From a virus: 64,000 bases of DNA. Positions 25,038 to 32,769 of this stretch are shown in pieces. Where the stretch lies: positions 1 through 64,000 of the IMG/VR virus record IMGVR_UViG_3300036768_001490; one strand, written 5' to 3'. Each line of letters opens with the position of its first letter. Position 1 is the stretch's first letter. The notes below the pieces were generated by a model. It was not told where the DNA came from and made no database searches. It saw nothing but the letters and a program-made list of their open reading frames with translations. The translations under genes were made by a program, and so were the position numbers.

Positions 25038-26000
25038 TCAGGCAACTTTCTTGCCGTTCAGCCACACGGCATGGAACCGTCCCCGAACCACCAGCTCCGC
25101 TTCGCCTCCGGCCGCAGCGCCATCGGGCGGCGCCGGCGCGTCCTGGCGCGCGCCGTACCGCGCCTGGAAGCGGGGAATGTCGTCGTTCTCCTGGGGCACC
25201 TGGACCGCGGCGTTGTAGTAGGGGGCCATGAGGGCAGACGGCACCCTGCTGTGGTCCAGGCCGAACAGGTGGCCGAACTCGTGACAGGCCACGTTGAGCA
25301 GCAGGATACCGCGCCGCTTCGGGTCCAAGGTCCAGGTTTCGTCCGCGTCGAAGCGCATCAGGAGCTGGTTGTCTCTGCCGGTGGGCAGCTGGGCCCAGGC
25401 CAACGTGCCGCCGGGGCCATCGAAGTGGGACTGGGGTCCCTGGCCGGTGGCGATCAAGATGTCGGCCTTGCCCTGCTGCCGGACCGGCTCCACATTGATG
25501 TTGCCGTGGCGCGTCCATGCCTGGAAGGCTTCATGGACCGTGCTCTCGAAGTCGGTCCGGGAGATCCCCGGGACGTATTCCAGGATAAAGTACGTGAGGC
25601 GGTCCTTTTGCCAGCGCGGCAGGTTGGCACGGATGAACTGCCGCACGGTGTCGGACGGGTGGCCAGCACGGGCGTGCTCCGGGAAGCCGCAGCGCGGCGC
25701 CGTCATCGCGCGCACGGTCTGGACGCAGACCTTGCCGGTGCGCGGCAGACCGAACCAGGACTGGAAGTCCTTGATAGCGGCGACGATGTCGTCGGCCTGG
25801 ATGTCGCGCCAGCTGGCCAGTTCCTGCGGCAGGTAGCCGAAGGTGTCGAGGTAGGACAGGACGAAGCGGGCGACCTGTGCGTCCGGCGCGTGCCCCCGGT
25901 GGCAGCGGCGCCGTGGCCGGCCGGTGCAGTGGCTGTCCTTCGCCCCTGCCTCCATGTGTTGCAAGAGAAGGTTGACTGCCTTCTGGTTGACGGCTGCCAT
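25038..26000 (-). CDS. Matrixin (M10A, MMP-like) zinc metallopeptidase with PG-binding-like prodomain and cysteine switch
   Basis: YLDTFGYL...AAIKDFQSWFGLPRTG prodomain; PRCGFPE switch; WQKDRLTY; FDGPGGTLA; FDADETWT; HEFGHLFGLDH; ALMAPYY Met-turn. Confidence 0.92.
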   Translation of the reverse strand: MAAVNQKAVNLLLQHMEAGAKDSHCTGRPRRRCHRGHAPDAQVARFVLSYLDTFGYLPQELASWRDIQADDIVAAIKDFQSWFGLPRTGKVCVQTVRAMTAPRCGFPEHARAGHPSDTVRQFIRANLPRWQKDRLTYFILEYVPGISRTDFESTVHEAFQAWTRHGNINVEPVRQQGKADILIATGQGPQSHFDGPGGTLAWAQLPTGRDNQLLMRFDADETWTLDPKRRGILLLNVACHEFGHLFGLDHSRVPSALMAPYYNAAVQVPQENDDIPRFQARYGARQDAPAPPDGAAAGGEAELVVRGRFHAVWLNGKKVA

Positions 26001-26031
26001 GCGCGCCTCCTTACGTCGCCTGGGTCGCCAC

Positions 26032-27684
26032 CTACATGTCGGACGGGACCGTCGCAGCCACCGAGATGCCGATGTCTTCGGGAGAGATGAAGAACTGCAC
26101 AGTCCGCGCACTGACCATGCTCGCTGGCTCATCGGGCACGTCCAGCCTCTCGCTACTGCGCAGGTAGCGGACCGAACTGTCGGGATACCGGATGCGTCCC
26201 AGCATGTCAATAGCAGACACGGTCTGGTCGTTGCGCAGGTAGGCGTGGACCACGTCTTGCAGGCGCGACGCATCGAGCCGTCCGATGAAGCCGATGCGGT
26301 TGATCTCGGTGGCCAAGGCGTCCCGGATGCGGTCCAGGTCCGGGTCGGGCTCGCCGGAGCGCTTGTGGATGGTGAAATGCAGCTGGACGAAGCAGGGCAC
26401 GGGGGCCTTGACCAGCAGGTCGTGCGTCGCCGGCCGTTGCTCGCGCGTGCTGAAGTAGTCCTGGATGTCGGCCAGCAGCGGCATGAGGCGGGCCTCCAGC
26501 TCGTACTCCTTCCGGGCGCCGAGGTCGAGGGAGCTGGTGTCCGTTTCCGTGTCATGGAACTGGACCGTGCCGGCCTGGTAGCGGCTGTAGACCCACTCGA
26601 CGGAGTCCGGCAGCACGTCTGGAATGAAGCCTGGGCCGGTCAGGTCTGCCACGCGCGTGTCGCGGACGAGAGGGAATCCTCCCGCTGCCGGCGCGGACCG
26701 CCGGGGGCGGATGTTGCCGACCTCGTAGTAGCCGGGTGCCTCGTCCCGGCCGATGGAGAATTGCCAGATGCCGCTACCGTCCGGGCGCTTCTCCACCAGC
26801 ACGGCCTCCTTGACCAGGAGCTGGCGGTGGACCTGCTCCTGGCTACGGACATACCAATCGACGCGGCCGCCTCCGGCCACGGGGAAGATCCAGTGCCGGT
26901 CCCGGCGCATCTCCGGGTCGCCGTAGCCGACCACGGACAGGTGGACGATGTGTGCGAACGCCTCCACGTCGCGCAGCGTGGCGGACATGTGGACGCGTCC
27001 GGCCAGCCCCTTGGCGGCGATGCCTTCTTGCAGGCGCAGCAGGAGTTCCTGGTTGGTTTCTGCCCGGCGGCCGCCCTGGAAGTCCTGGGAGGCGAACGAA
27101 GTGACGTAGGCGGTGGGCGGGGACAGGGGCACGACCAGGGTGTCCTTCTTGATCTCGTACTCTTCCCCCTCTTCTTCCGCTTCCACCTCGATGGTGAAGG
27201 CGAAATGGCCGTCGCCCGTGGGCGACAGCAGACGGTCGCCTGGCTCGTTGATGCTGGACTCTTCCACCTTGGCCGAGAACACGCGCGTGGCAAGGAAGCG
27301 CTTGCCCTGGGCCTCGAACACGCTTCCGGCCGCAATGGTGACGGTGACGTCGTCGCGCAGGATGATGGTCACATGGCCCCTGGCCCGGCTGCCTGGCTTG
27401 CGCCGCAGCCGGTAGTTGGACAGCACGTCATCGACCAAATCGGGGTCCGCCAGGAGGGGGTCGGCCTCCAGGGCGCGCAGGCTGCGCGCCAGCCAGTAGT
27501 CCTGGATGCTGGCCTGCCGTTGCGTCTCCAGAACCGCGTGGTAATAGGCCAGCAGTTCGGCAAAGACGCCGCGGCGGACGTCCAAGTGGGGATTGTCTTC
27601 CTGGATGCGCTGGAGGATCTCGGTCAGGTTCTGTTCCACCTGGTCCGGGTCCAGCTGTGCCAGGGGCCGAAGTCGGATCGTCAT
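26032..27684 (-). CDS. Baseplate J-like wedge protein (gpJ/gp6)
   Basis: LSNYRLRRKPGSRARGHVTI, TIAAGSVF, FQGGRRAETNQELLLRL; follows the gp25-like gene. Confidence 0.85.
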   Translation of the reverse strand: MTIRLRPLAQLDPDQVEQNLTEILQRIQEDNPHLDVRRGVFAELLAYYHAVLETQRQASIQDYWLARSLRALEADPLLADPDLVDDVLSNYRLRRKPGSRARGHVTIILRDDVTVTIAAGSVFEAQGKRFLATRVFSAKVEESSINEPGDRLLSPTGDGHFAFTIEVEAEEEGEEYEIKKDTLVVPLSPPTAYVTSFASQDFQGGRRAETNQELLLRLQEGIAAKGLAGRVHMSATLRDVEAFAHIVHLSVVGYGDPEMRRDRHWIFPVAGGGRVDWYVRSQEQVHRQLLVKEAVLVEKRPDGSGIWQFSIGRDEAPGYYEVGNIRPRRSAPAAGGFPLVRDTRVADLTGPGFIPDVLPDSVEWVYSRYQAGTVQFHDTETDTSSLDLGARKEYELEARLMPLLADIQDYFSTREQRPATHDLLVKAPVPCFVQLHFTIHKRSGEPDPDLDRIRDALATEINRIGFIGRLDASRLQDVVHAYLRNDQTVSAIDMLGRIRYPDSSVRYLRSSERLDVPDEPASMVSARTVQFFISPEDIGISVAATVPSDM

Positions 27685-28100
27685 GGCGACGCCCTCGCTG
27701 TCCGGTCTGGCCGCAGAGCGGCGAAGAACGTGACGCGCTGCACCGGTCCGTCCAGCCAGCCGCCTGCCGGGTGTGGGTCATGCGCGAACTCGAAGCCATC
27801 GTCCCAGCGCGTGAGTCCCACGACGGCGTGGGGCCAGTCTCCTCGCGGGCTCTTACCGCTCAGGATGACGGGCACGCCGGGCGTCATGGCCGTCACGGAC
27901 CGGCCTTCCGGAGGCAGGCGTACCTCCACGGCCAGCAGGTTACGGCGGGACAGCCATTCCTGGAGACGGCGCCACCAGCCGGGACCGGCGGCCTGGAAAT
28001 TAGGCACGTCGTCCAGGTCGAGGATCATGGCCACGCAGGTGGCAAAGCAGTCGCTGCGTTCCGGGTCATTTGTGATGCGCTGGTAGCGTTGTCGGATCAT
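27681..28100 (-). CDS. Small papain-fold (C39-like) cysteine peptidase
   Basis: SDCFATCVAMIL (Cys), PHAVV (His), HDPHP (Asp); ATGA-coupled at both ends. Confidence 0.6.
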   Translation of the reverse strand: MIRQRYQRITNDPERSDCFATCVAMILDLDDVPNFQAAGPGWWRRLQEWLSRRNLLAVEVRLPPEGRSVTAMTPGVPVILSGKSPRGDWPHAVVGLTRWDDGFEFAHDPHPAGGWLDGPVQRVTFFAALRPDRTARASP

Positions 28101-28582
28101 CGCACCGGCACCTGGATCGGGGTGATGAGGGAGTAACTTGTTCCTGCTTTGCTTTCCACCAGCAGGCGGATGGACACCTTGTCGCCTGCCAGGGTCACGC
28201 CGGTCAAGGTCAGGTTGCCGTAGCGCTCGTCGTCGGGGTCGCTGTCCGACTCGATGGCACGCAGCTGGCGGGCCACGTCCAGTCGGGCGGACGAGAACGA
28301 CTGCTGCACGTCGGCCACGGTGCGCCACAGCCCCATCTGGGCATCCGTCATGAACAGGGTGCCCTCACGCGGCCGGTACTGGCGCGAGCCGAGCGGTGTC
28401 AGCAGCACGAGCAGGACGCGCTGGGCCAACTTCTGGATGCCCGTGACCAGGGAGCCGCCGTCGTTGGCACGGACCAGTTCCTGGGCCAGCAGCTGGGGCC
28501 GGCCGCGGTACACCGGGCCTATGGCCTGGAAGGCTAGCAGGTCGCTGGTGCGGCCGACGTGGTCCAGGACCGTGCCTGCCAT
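28097..28582 (-). CDS. Baseplate wedge/sheath-initiator protein (gp25/gpW-like)
   Basis: GIQKLAQRVLLVLLTPLGSRQYRPREGT...DDERY...VTLAGDKVSIRLLV. Confidence 0.8.
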   Translation of the reverse strand: MAGTVLDHVGRTSDLLAFQAIGPVYRGRPQLLAQELVRANDGGSLVTGIQKLAQRVLLVLLTPLGSRQYRPREGTLFMTDAQMGLWRTVADVQQSFSSARLDVARQLRAIESDSDPDDERYGNLTLTGVTLAGDKVSIRLLVESKAGTSYSLITPIQVPVR

Positions 28583-28587
28583 CGCTT

Positions 28588-29040
28588 TTACCCTTTCGTC
28601 TGCTTGAGGACTTGCCGGATGTACTCGACGTAGTTGCGGATGAACGGCCCCCGGTCGTTCCCTTGGCCCATGTGCCTGCCGGCGGCGTGGGCCGTCGCGC
28701 GCGGCCGCCGCAGGGTGTTGCGCTGGCGGAAGGCGCGTTCCATGACCGCCAGCGTTTCCAGCATGGTTGTGGTCAGGACGATGTCACCCGTGGTGCCGGG
28801 CGCCTGGTGGTCCTTCATGGCGTTGACCGCGTCGTTGTTGGCCCGGGTGCGCTGGAAGGGCGCTCCCATGCTTTCGCTGTCCAGCGTTCCGCCTGACCAG
28901 CCGCGGGGGCGATACCATTTCACCTGGTCTCCTGTCCGTCGTCGGTCGGCTGCCAGTTTCGCCCAGTCTTTCATCTCGCGCAGGCGCTTCTCGAAGTTGG
29001 GGTCCATGTCCGCCTTGGACGTGGCCTTGACCTTGGCCAT
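28588..29040 (-). CDS. Hypothetical basic protein (150 aa)
   Basis: AAGGAGG RBS; packed in the operon. Confidence 0.7.
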   Translation of the reverse strand: MAKVKATSKADMDPNFEKRLREMKDWAKLAADRRRTGDQVKWYRPRGWSGGTLDSESMGAPFQRTRANNDAVNAMKDHQAPGTTGDIVLTTTMLETLAVMERAFRQRNTLRRPRATAHAAGRHMGQGNDRGPFIRNYVEYIRQVLKQTKG

Positions 29041-29058
29041 GATTTGCCTCCTTCCGGC

Positions 29059-29805
29059 TTACAGCAAGGGCCGCATTTCCATCACCTCGTCCAGCTTCTT
29101 CTGGATGCGCAACTTGGCCTGGCTGATGGCCCCAGGGCTGCGCCGGAGCTTGGCAGCGATGTCCTGGTTGGGCAGGGGCCGGCGGCCGTGCAGGCCGAGG
29201 CTGTATTCCATCACCTTCTTGTGGTACGGGTCGAGTTCGTCGTAGACGATCTCCAGCAGGGTATCGTCCCGTTGCCGGACCAGGTCGTTGACGCCCCCAA
29301 TGACGCCTTCCTGGTTCGTGGCCCTGGTCACGGCGCTTTCGGACACGGCGGGATGGTACTTCCGCACCAGGGCCAGCCGGCGGGCCGAGATCCCGGTCCG
29401 GTCGGAGATCTCCTCGTCCGTTGGCTCTCGCCCCAGCTCGTTCTCCAGTTCCCGCGTGGCCGCTTCCAGGTGGTGGCGGTCCAGGGAGACGCGCTCGGGC
29501 ACCTTGACCGTCTGGAGTTGCTGGCGGGCGAAGCGCCGGAGTCCGAGCAGTTGGTTGTAGATGTGGGTGCGCAGCCGGCCGCGCAGCGGGTCGTAGCTGC
29601 GCAGCCCCTGCAAGGCCATGATCCTGGCCCGACCGAGCAGGTTCGGGTTGGACGCGCCGATGTGCGTCTGGATGGCCCCCTCGATGGTCGGCTGCAGCGC
29701 CTTGAGGATGGCCGCGTTGGTGTCGGGGCTCGGGTTTGCCTTCCAGGAGCGGTAAATCTCCCGGAACTCGTCTTCGATCAGGCCATCCGAACGTTCCCTG
29801 CTCAT
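29059..29805 (-). CDS. RNA polymerase sigma-70-family factor (group 3-like, regions 2-3-4), probable late sigma
   Basis: ALQGLRSYDPLRGRLRTHIY (region 2), VKVPER...LENELGREPTDEEISDRTG (region 3), NQDIAAKLRRSPGAISQ (region 4 HTH). Confidence 0.88.
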   Translation of the reverse strand: MSRERSDGLIEDEFREIYRSWKANPSPDTNAAILKALQPTIEGAIQTHIGASNPNLLGRARIMALQGLRSYDPLRGRLRTHIYNQLLGLRRFARQQLQTVKVPERVSLDRHHLEAATRELENELGREPTDEEISDRTGISARRLALVRKYHPAVSESAVTRATNQEGVIGGVNDLVRQRDDTLLEIVYDELDPYHKKVMEYSLGLHGRRPLPNQDIAAKLRRSPGAISQAKLRIQKKLDEVMEMRPLL

Positions 29806-29856
29806 TTGCTTCTGTCTCCTGGTTGGCTTCTCAGGCTCCCCGGGCGCTGCCGCGCG

Positions 29857-31518
29857 TCACTTGCCGTAAGCGTACGCATCCACCAGCGGCGCCCCCACCA
29901 CGACGGCCTGGCCGAACAGAGGGTGTTCGTCCACGCTGGTGCGCGGCCGCTTGTTCTCCTCCTCGGAACGGACATAGGCCAGCGACAGGCTCGTTCCGGC
30001 CAGGGACGCCTCGGCGTTGATGGTGATGGTGACGCGCTGGACGGAACCGAAGACCACTATGGCCAGCTGGTCCTCGCCGCCAATGAACTTCTCCGGCGTC
30101 GATTCGATGCGCACCACGGAGCCGGGCGCCACGTCAAAGCGTAGCTTACCCGAAACGGTGCCGACTCGGCCACGCAGCATTTCCTTGACGTAGACGGACT
30201 TGGCGTACTTGTCATACATGTTGTCGCTGGCGCTGGCAATTTGCGCCGGCGTTTGCAGCTTCGGGGCCGGAGCCGTGGCATCCGGCGTCGTGGAGGTAGG
30301 AGTCGGCGCGTTGGTCCGCGTGCCGCTGGAGGAGCCGCCGTACTCGGTCAGATTCCGCAGGGAGAGTAGCCAGGAAGGAGCACGGATGTACATTCTGACG
30401 CCGTCGCCGGCCTGGACGGAGTCCTCCACGTAGCAGCCGCCGATGCGAATGGCTGGCCCTGGCAAGTCTTCCTCGACGCCTCCCATCGTCTGGGAGTCCC
30501 AGCCTGCCACCACGGAAACTCCTTGCAGCGGCCGGACAAGCTCCGCTGACATGTCGAAAAAGTCGTACTCGGTCGGCTTCAGCGTGCGCCAGTGGCCCTT
30601 GTTGTAGCCGGGCGTGTCGGCCACGACCAGGGCCGTGTCGTGGCGGGGAAGGACGGCCATGCCGTACGTGGGGCAGAACTGGCCGACCAGCTTGTCCCAG
30701 AAGGAGAAGGTCGAGTAGGACTCGATGGTTTCGTTGCCGATGGCCATTGCGATGGCACTCTCGATGACGCCGGCGAGGCTGCCGCTTTGGATGGCCAGGG
30801 CCTTGTGGTACTTGGATTCGCCCTTGTAGCAAAGCGAGCCTTCGATCCGGCTCAGGGCGCTGAGCGCCTCCGTGTTGGCCTTGGCCTGGCCGCTGCCCAG
30901 GCAGGCGTCCGTGCTGTTGACCGGCAGTTGCTCCTCCTGGGCCAGGCGGCAGAACACGGCCGAGATCGCCTTCCACAGGTCGCTTCCGGCCCCGACCAGG
31001 TTGTCTGCTATGTCCGCCATCACGATGGAACTGATATTGCCTCCCAGCGACGTGCCGCCTGCCAGGTTTAGCACGGCAGCGGCGTTCAGCTCGGTCGGGT
31101 TGGCCACATGCCCGGTCGCTGTCAGGCAGGAGGAGAAGGTCATGGCAGCGAGCCAGTGGATCAGGCTGGCGGTGGCATAGACCTTGTCGCTGATCTTGCG
31201 GTAGGAGAAGCCGACGAAGAAGCCGTCGAAGATGGTCTTCGGCCCGGTCCATTCCTCTTTCAGGTCGTATTCCTTGCGCGGCTGGAAGATGACCTTGGCC
31301 TTCGTCATCTGGGCTTGCCGCCCCTCGGTGTGGATGGTGGCTAGCTCCTTGGCACCGTCTTGCGCCTTGCGTCCTATGGCCAGCAGGCACACGGCGGTCG
31401 GGATCTCATTGACGGCCCAGTTGGAGGAAAACTGGGCCACCTCGTAGCGCTTGCCGTCCACTTCCAGGACCAGGGCGTCCTTGGCCGCCAGGTCGGTGTA
31501 CACGTAGGTCTTAGGCAC
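29857..31518 (-). CDS. Baseplate hub protein (gp27/gpD/gp44-like)
   Basis: GTG start with GGAGG RBS; LEVDGKRYEVAQFSSNWAVNEIP N-terminus; GTVSGKLRFDVAPGSVVRI...VQRVTITI C-terminus typical of hub proteins. Confidence 0.7.
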   Translation of the reverse strand: MPKTYVYTDLAAKDALVLEVDGKRYEVAQFSSNWAVNEIPTAVCLLAIGRKAQDGAKELATIHTEGRQAQMTKAKVIFQPRKEYDLKEEWTGPKTIFDGFFVGFSYRKISDKVYATASLIHWLAAMTFSSCLTATGHVANPTELNAAAVLNLAGGTSLGGNISSIVMADIADNLVGAGSDLWKAISAVFCRLAQEEQLPVNSTDACLGSGQAKANTEALSALSRIEGSLCYKGESKYHKALAIQSGSLAGVIESAIAMAIGNETIESYSTFSFWDKLVGQFCPTYGMAVLPRHDTALVVADTPGYNKGHWRTLKPTEYDFFDMSAELVRPLQGVSVVAGWDSQTMGGVEEDLPGPAIRIGGCYVEDSVQAGDGVRMYIRAPSWLLSLRNLTEYGGSSSGTRTNAPTPTSTTPDATAPAPKLQTPAQIASASDNMYDKYAKSVYVKEMLRGRVGTVSGKLRFDVAPGSVVRIESTPEKFIGGEDQLAIVVFGSVQRVTITINAEASLAGTSLSLAYVRSEEENKRPRTSVDEHPLFGQAVVVGAPLVDAYAYGK

Positions 31519-32302
31519 GCCCCCGCCTCCTCTCCTCCGTGCGGTAGACCAGGGCGCAAAGCAGGCCGCCGAGCTTGAGCGGCAGCTCCTTTTTCTGCTG
31601 CCAGAGGTTGCGGAACGTGGTCCACGGCTCGTCCCGCTCCAAACCAAACAGCTGGAGCAGCACCGTCTCGCCGACCTGTTCCAGATTGGCAACGATCTGG
31701 CCCAGGTCCAGCTGGGGGCGGTTAATGACCTCCACCAGCCATTTCAGGCCAGCTTGGTCACTGTCGATGCGGAAGCTGTAGCCGGTGCCGAGCAGGTCCA
31801 TGCGGTTGGACAGGCCGTGGCTCATGGTCAGGCCAAAGTCCGCGCCTTGTCGGGGCGGCGTCTGACGCTGGACGCGCACCCGGTCGGGCGCCACGACCTC
31901 CACGGTCAGGTCGTGGCGGCAGCGGCCGCTGGCGTCCGGGGCGGCCGGAGCGCCGATCACGGTTAGGTGGGCTGGCGGACCGTCCAGCTGCGTGACCCTG
32001 GGGAGGAAGGTAGCGTCGGAGATGAAGGCATCGTCGCGCACGTCGTAGGTGATGCGCGGGTCGAGCCGGGTCAGGAAGACTTCGAGCGGAGAGGAGTGCA
32101 GAACGGCCAGGAGCTGACGGACCCGGTAGTTCAGCATGACCCGGTCGGGGTCCGCGCCGAACAGGACGGTACGGACCGTGTCGAGGTAGCTGGGCAGCTC
32201 CAGGGCCGTGAACTCGGGCGGCACCATCTCCTCGCCGGGGTAGTCGGCCAGGCGGTCCGAGCCGGTCACGTTCAGCAGCAGCGTCCGCGCGTGGTTGAGC
32301 AT
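31511..32302 (-). CDS. Probable baseplate protein (263 aa)
   Basis: Between the tube initiator and hub genes; tightly coupled. Confidence 0.55.
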   Translation of the reverse strand: MLNHARTLLLNVTGSDRLADYPGEEMVPPEFTALELPSYLDTVRTVLFGADPDRVMLNYRVRQLLAVLHSSPLEVFLTRLDPRITYDVRDDAFISDATFLPRVTQLDGPPAHLTVIGAPAAPDASGRCRHDLTVEVVAPDRVRVQRQTPPRQGADFGLTMSHGLSNRMDLLGTGYSFRIDSDQAGLKWLVEVINRPQLDLGQIVANLEQVGETVLLQLFGLERDEPWTTFRNLWQQKKELPLKLGGLLCALVYRTEERRRGRA

Positions 32303-32767
32303 TCAAGCCTCCGGCAACGAGGCCATGTTCACGTCCCATTGGACCAGCTTGAGCGCTACATCGACGACGTGTTCGTCGAAGCTGGTGACGAACCCCTCGA
32401 TGGTAGTGTCGCCGATGGTCACGCGCACCGGGTCTTTGTTCTTGGACGTCCGGTTGCTCTTGTACCACTCCATCATCTTGCTGGCGCCGGAGTCGTTGCT
32501 GTCGGGGCACTGGCAGGCGAAGGCCAGGCCGGACAGACTGACCTGGCCCATGCGGTCGCCAAACACGTAGATGTAGATGAGCGAGCCCAGCGTGTGCAGG
32601 AACTGGACGTTGACCTGCTGGTGGACGGTCAGCTGCGTCACGATGGAGCGCTGCGTCTGGAACGTGATCTCTGCCGGCTGCTGGATAGAGAAACGGATGT
32701 CGCACTGCGCTGCCGGGTCGTCCAGCTGGGCCACGGTCCCCGGCTTGGTTGCAAACAGGGTTGGCAT
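32303..32767 (-). CDS. Tail tube initiator-like protein (tube-fold paralogue)
   Basis: NVQFLHTLGSLIYIYVFGDRMGQVSLSG resembles the tube motif NVTRVYELG...YYYVSGRAQGTCTI; directly after the tape measure. Confidence 0.65.
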   Translation of the reverse strand: MPTLFATKPGTVAQLDDPAAQCDIRFSIQQPAEITFQTQRSIVTQLTVHQQVNVQFLHTLGSLIYIYVFGDRMGQVSLSGLAFACQCPDSNDSGASKMMEWYKSNRTSKNKDPVRVTIGDTTIEGFVTSFDEHVVDVALKLVQWDVNMASLPEA

Positions 32768-32769
32768 GC

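Noticed and set aside
25038-26000. Matrixin as the phage endolysin because of its PG-binding-like domain
   Set aside because: That domain with PRCG is the standard MMP prodomain; no holin or spanin genes are adjacent. Left open rather than called.
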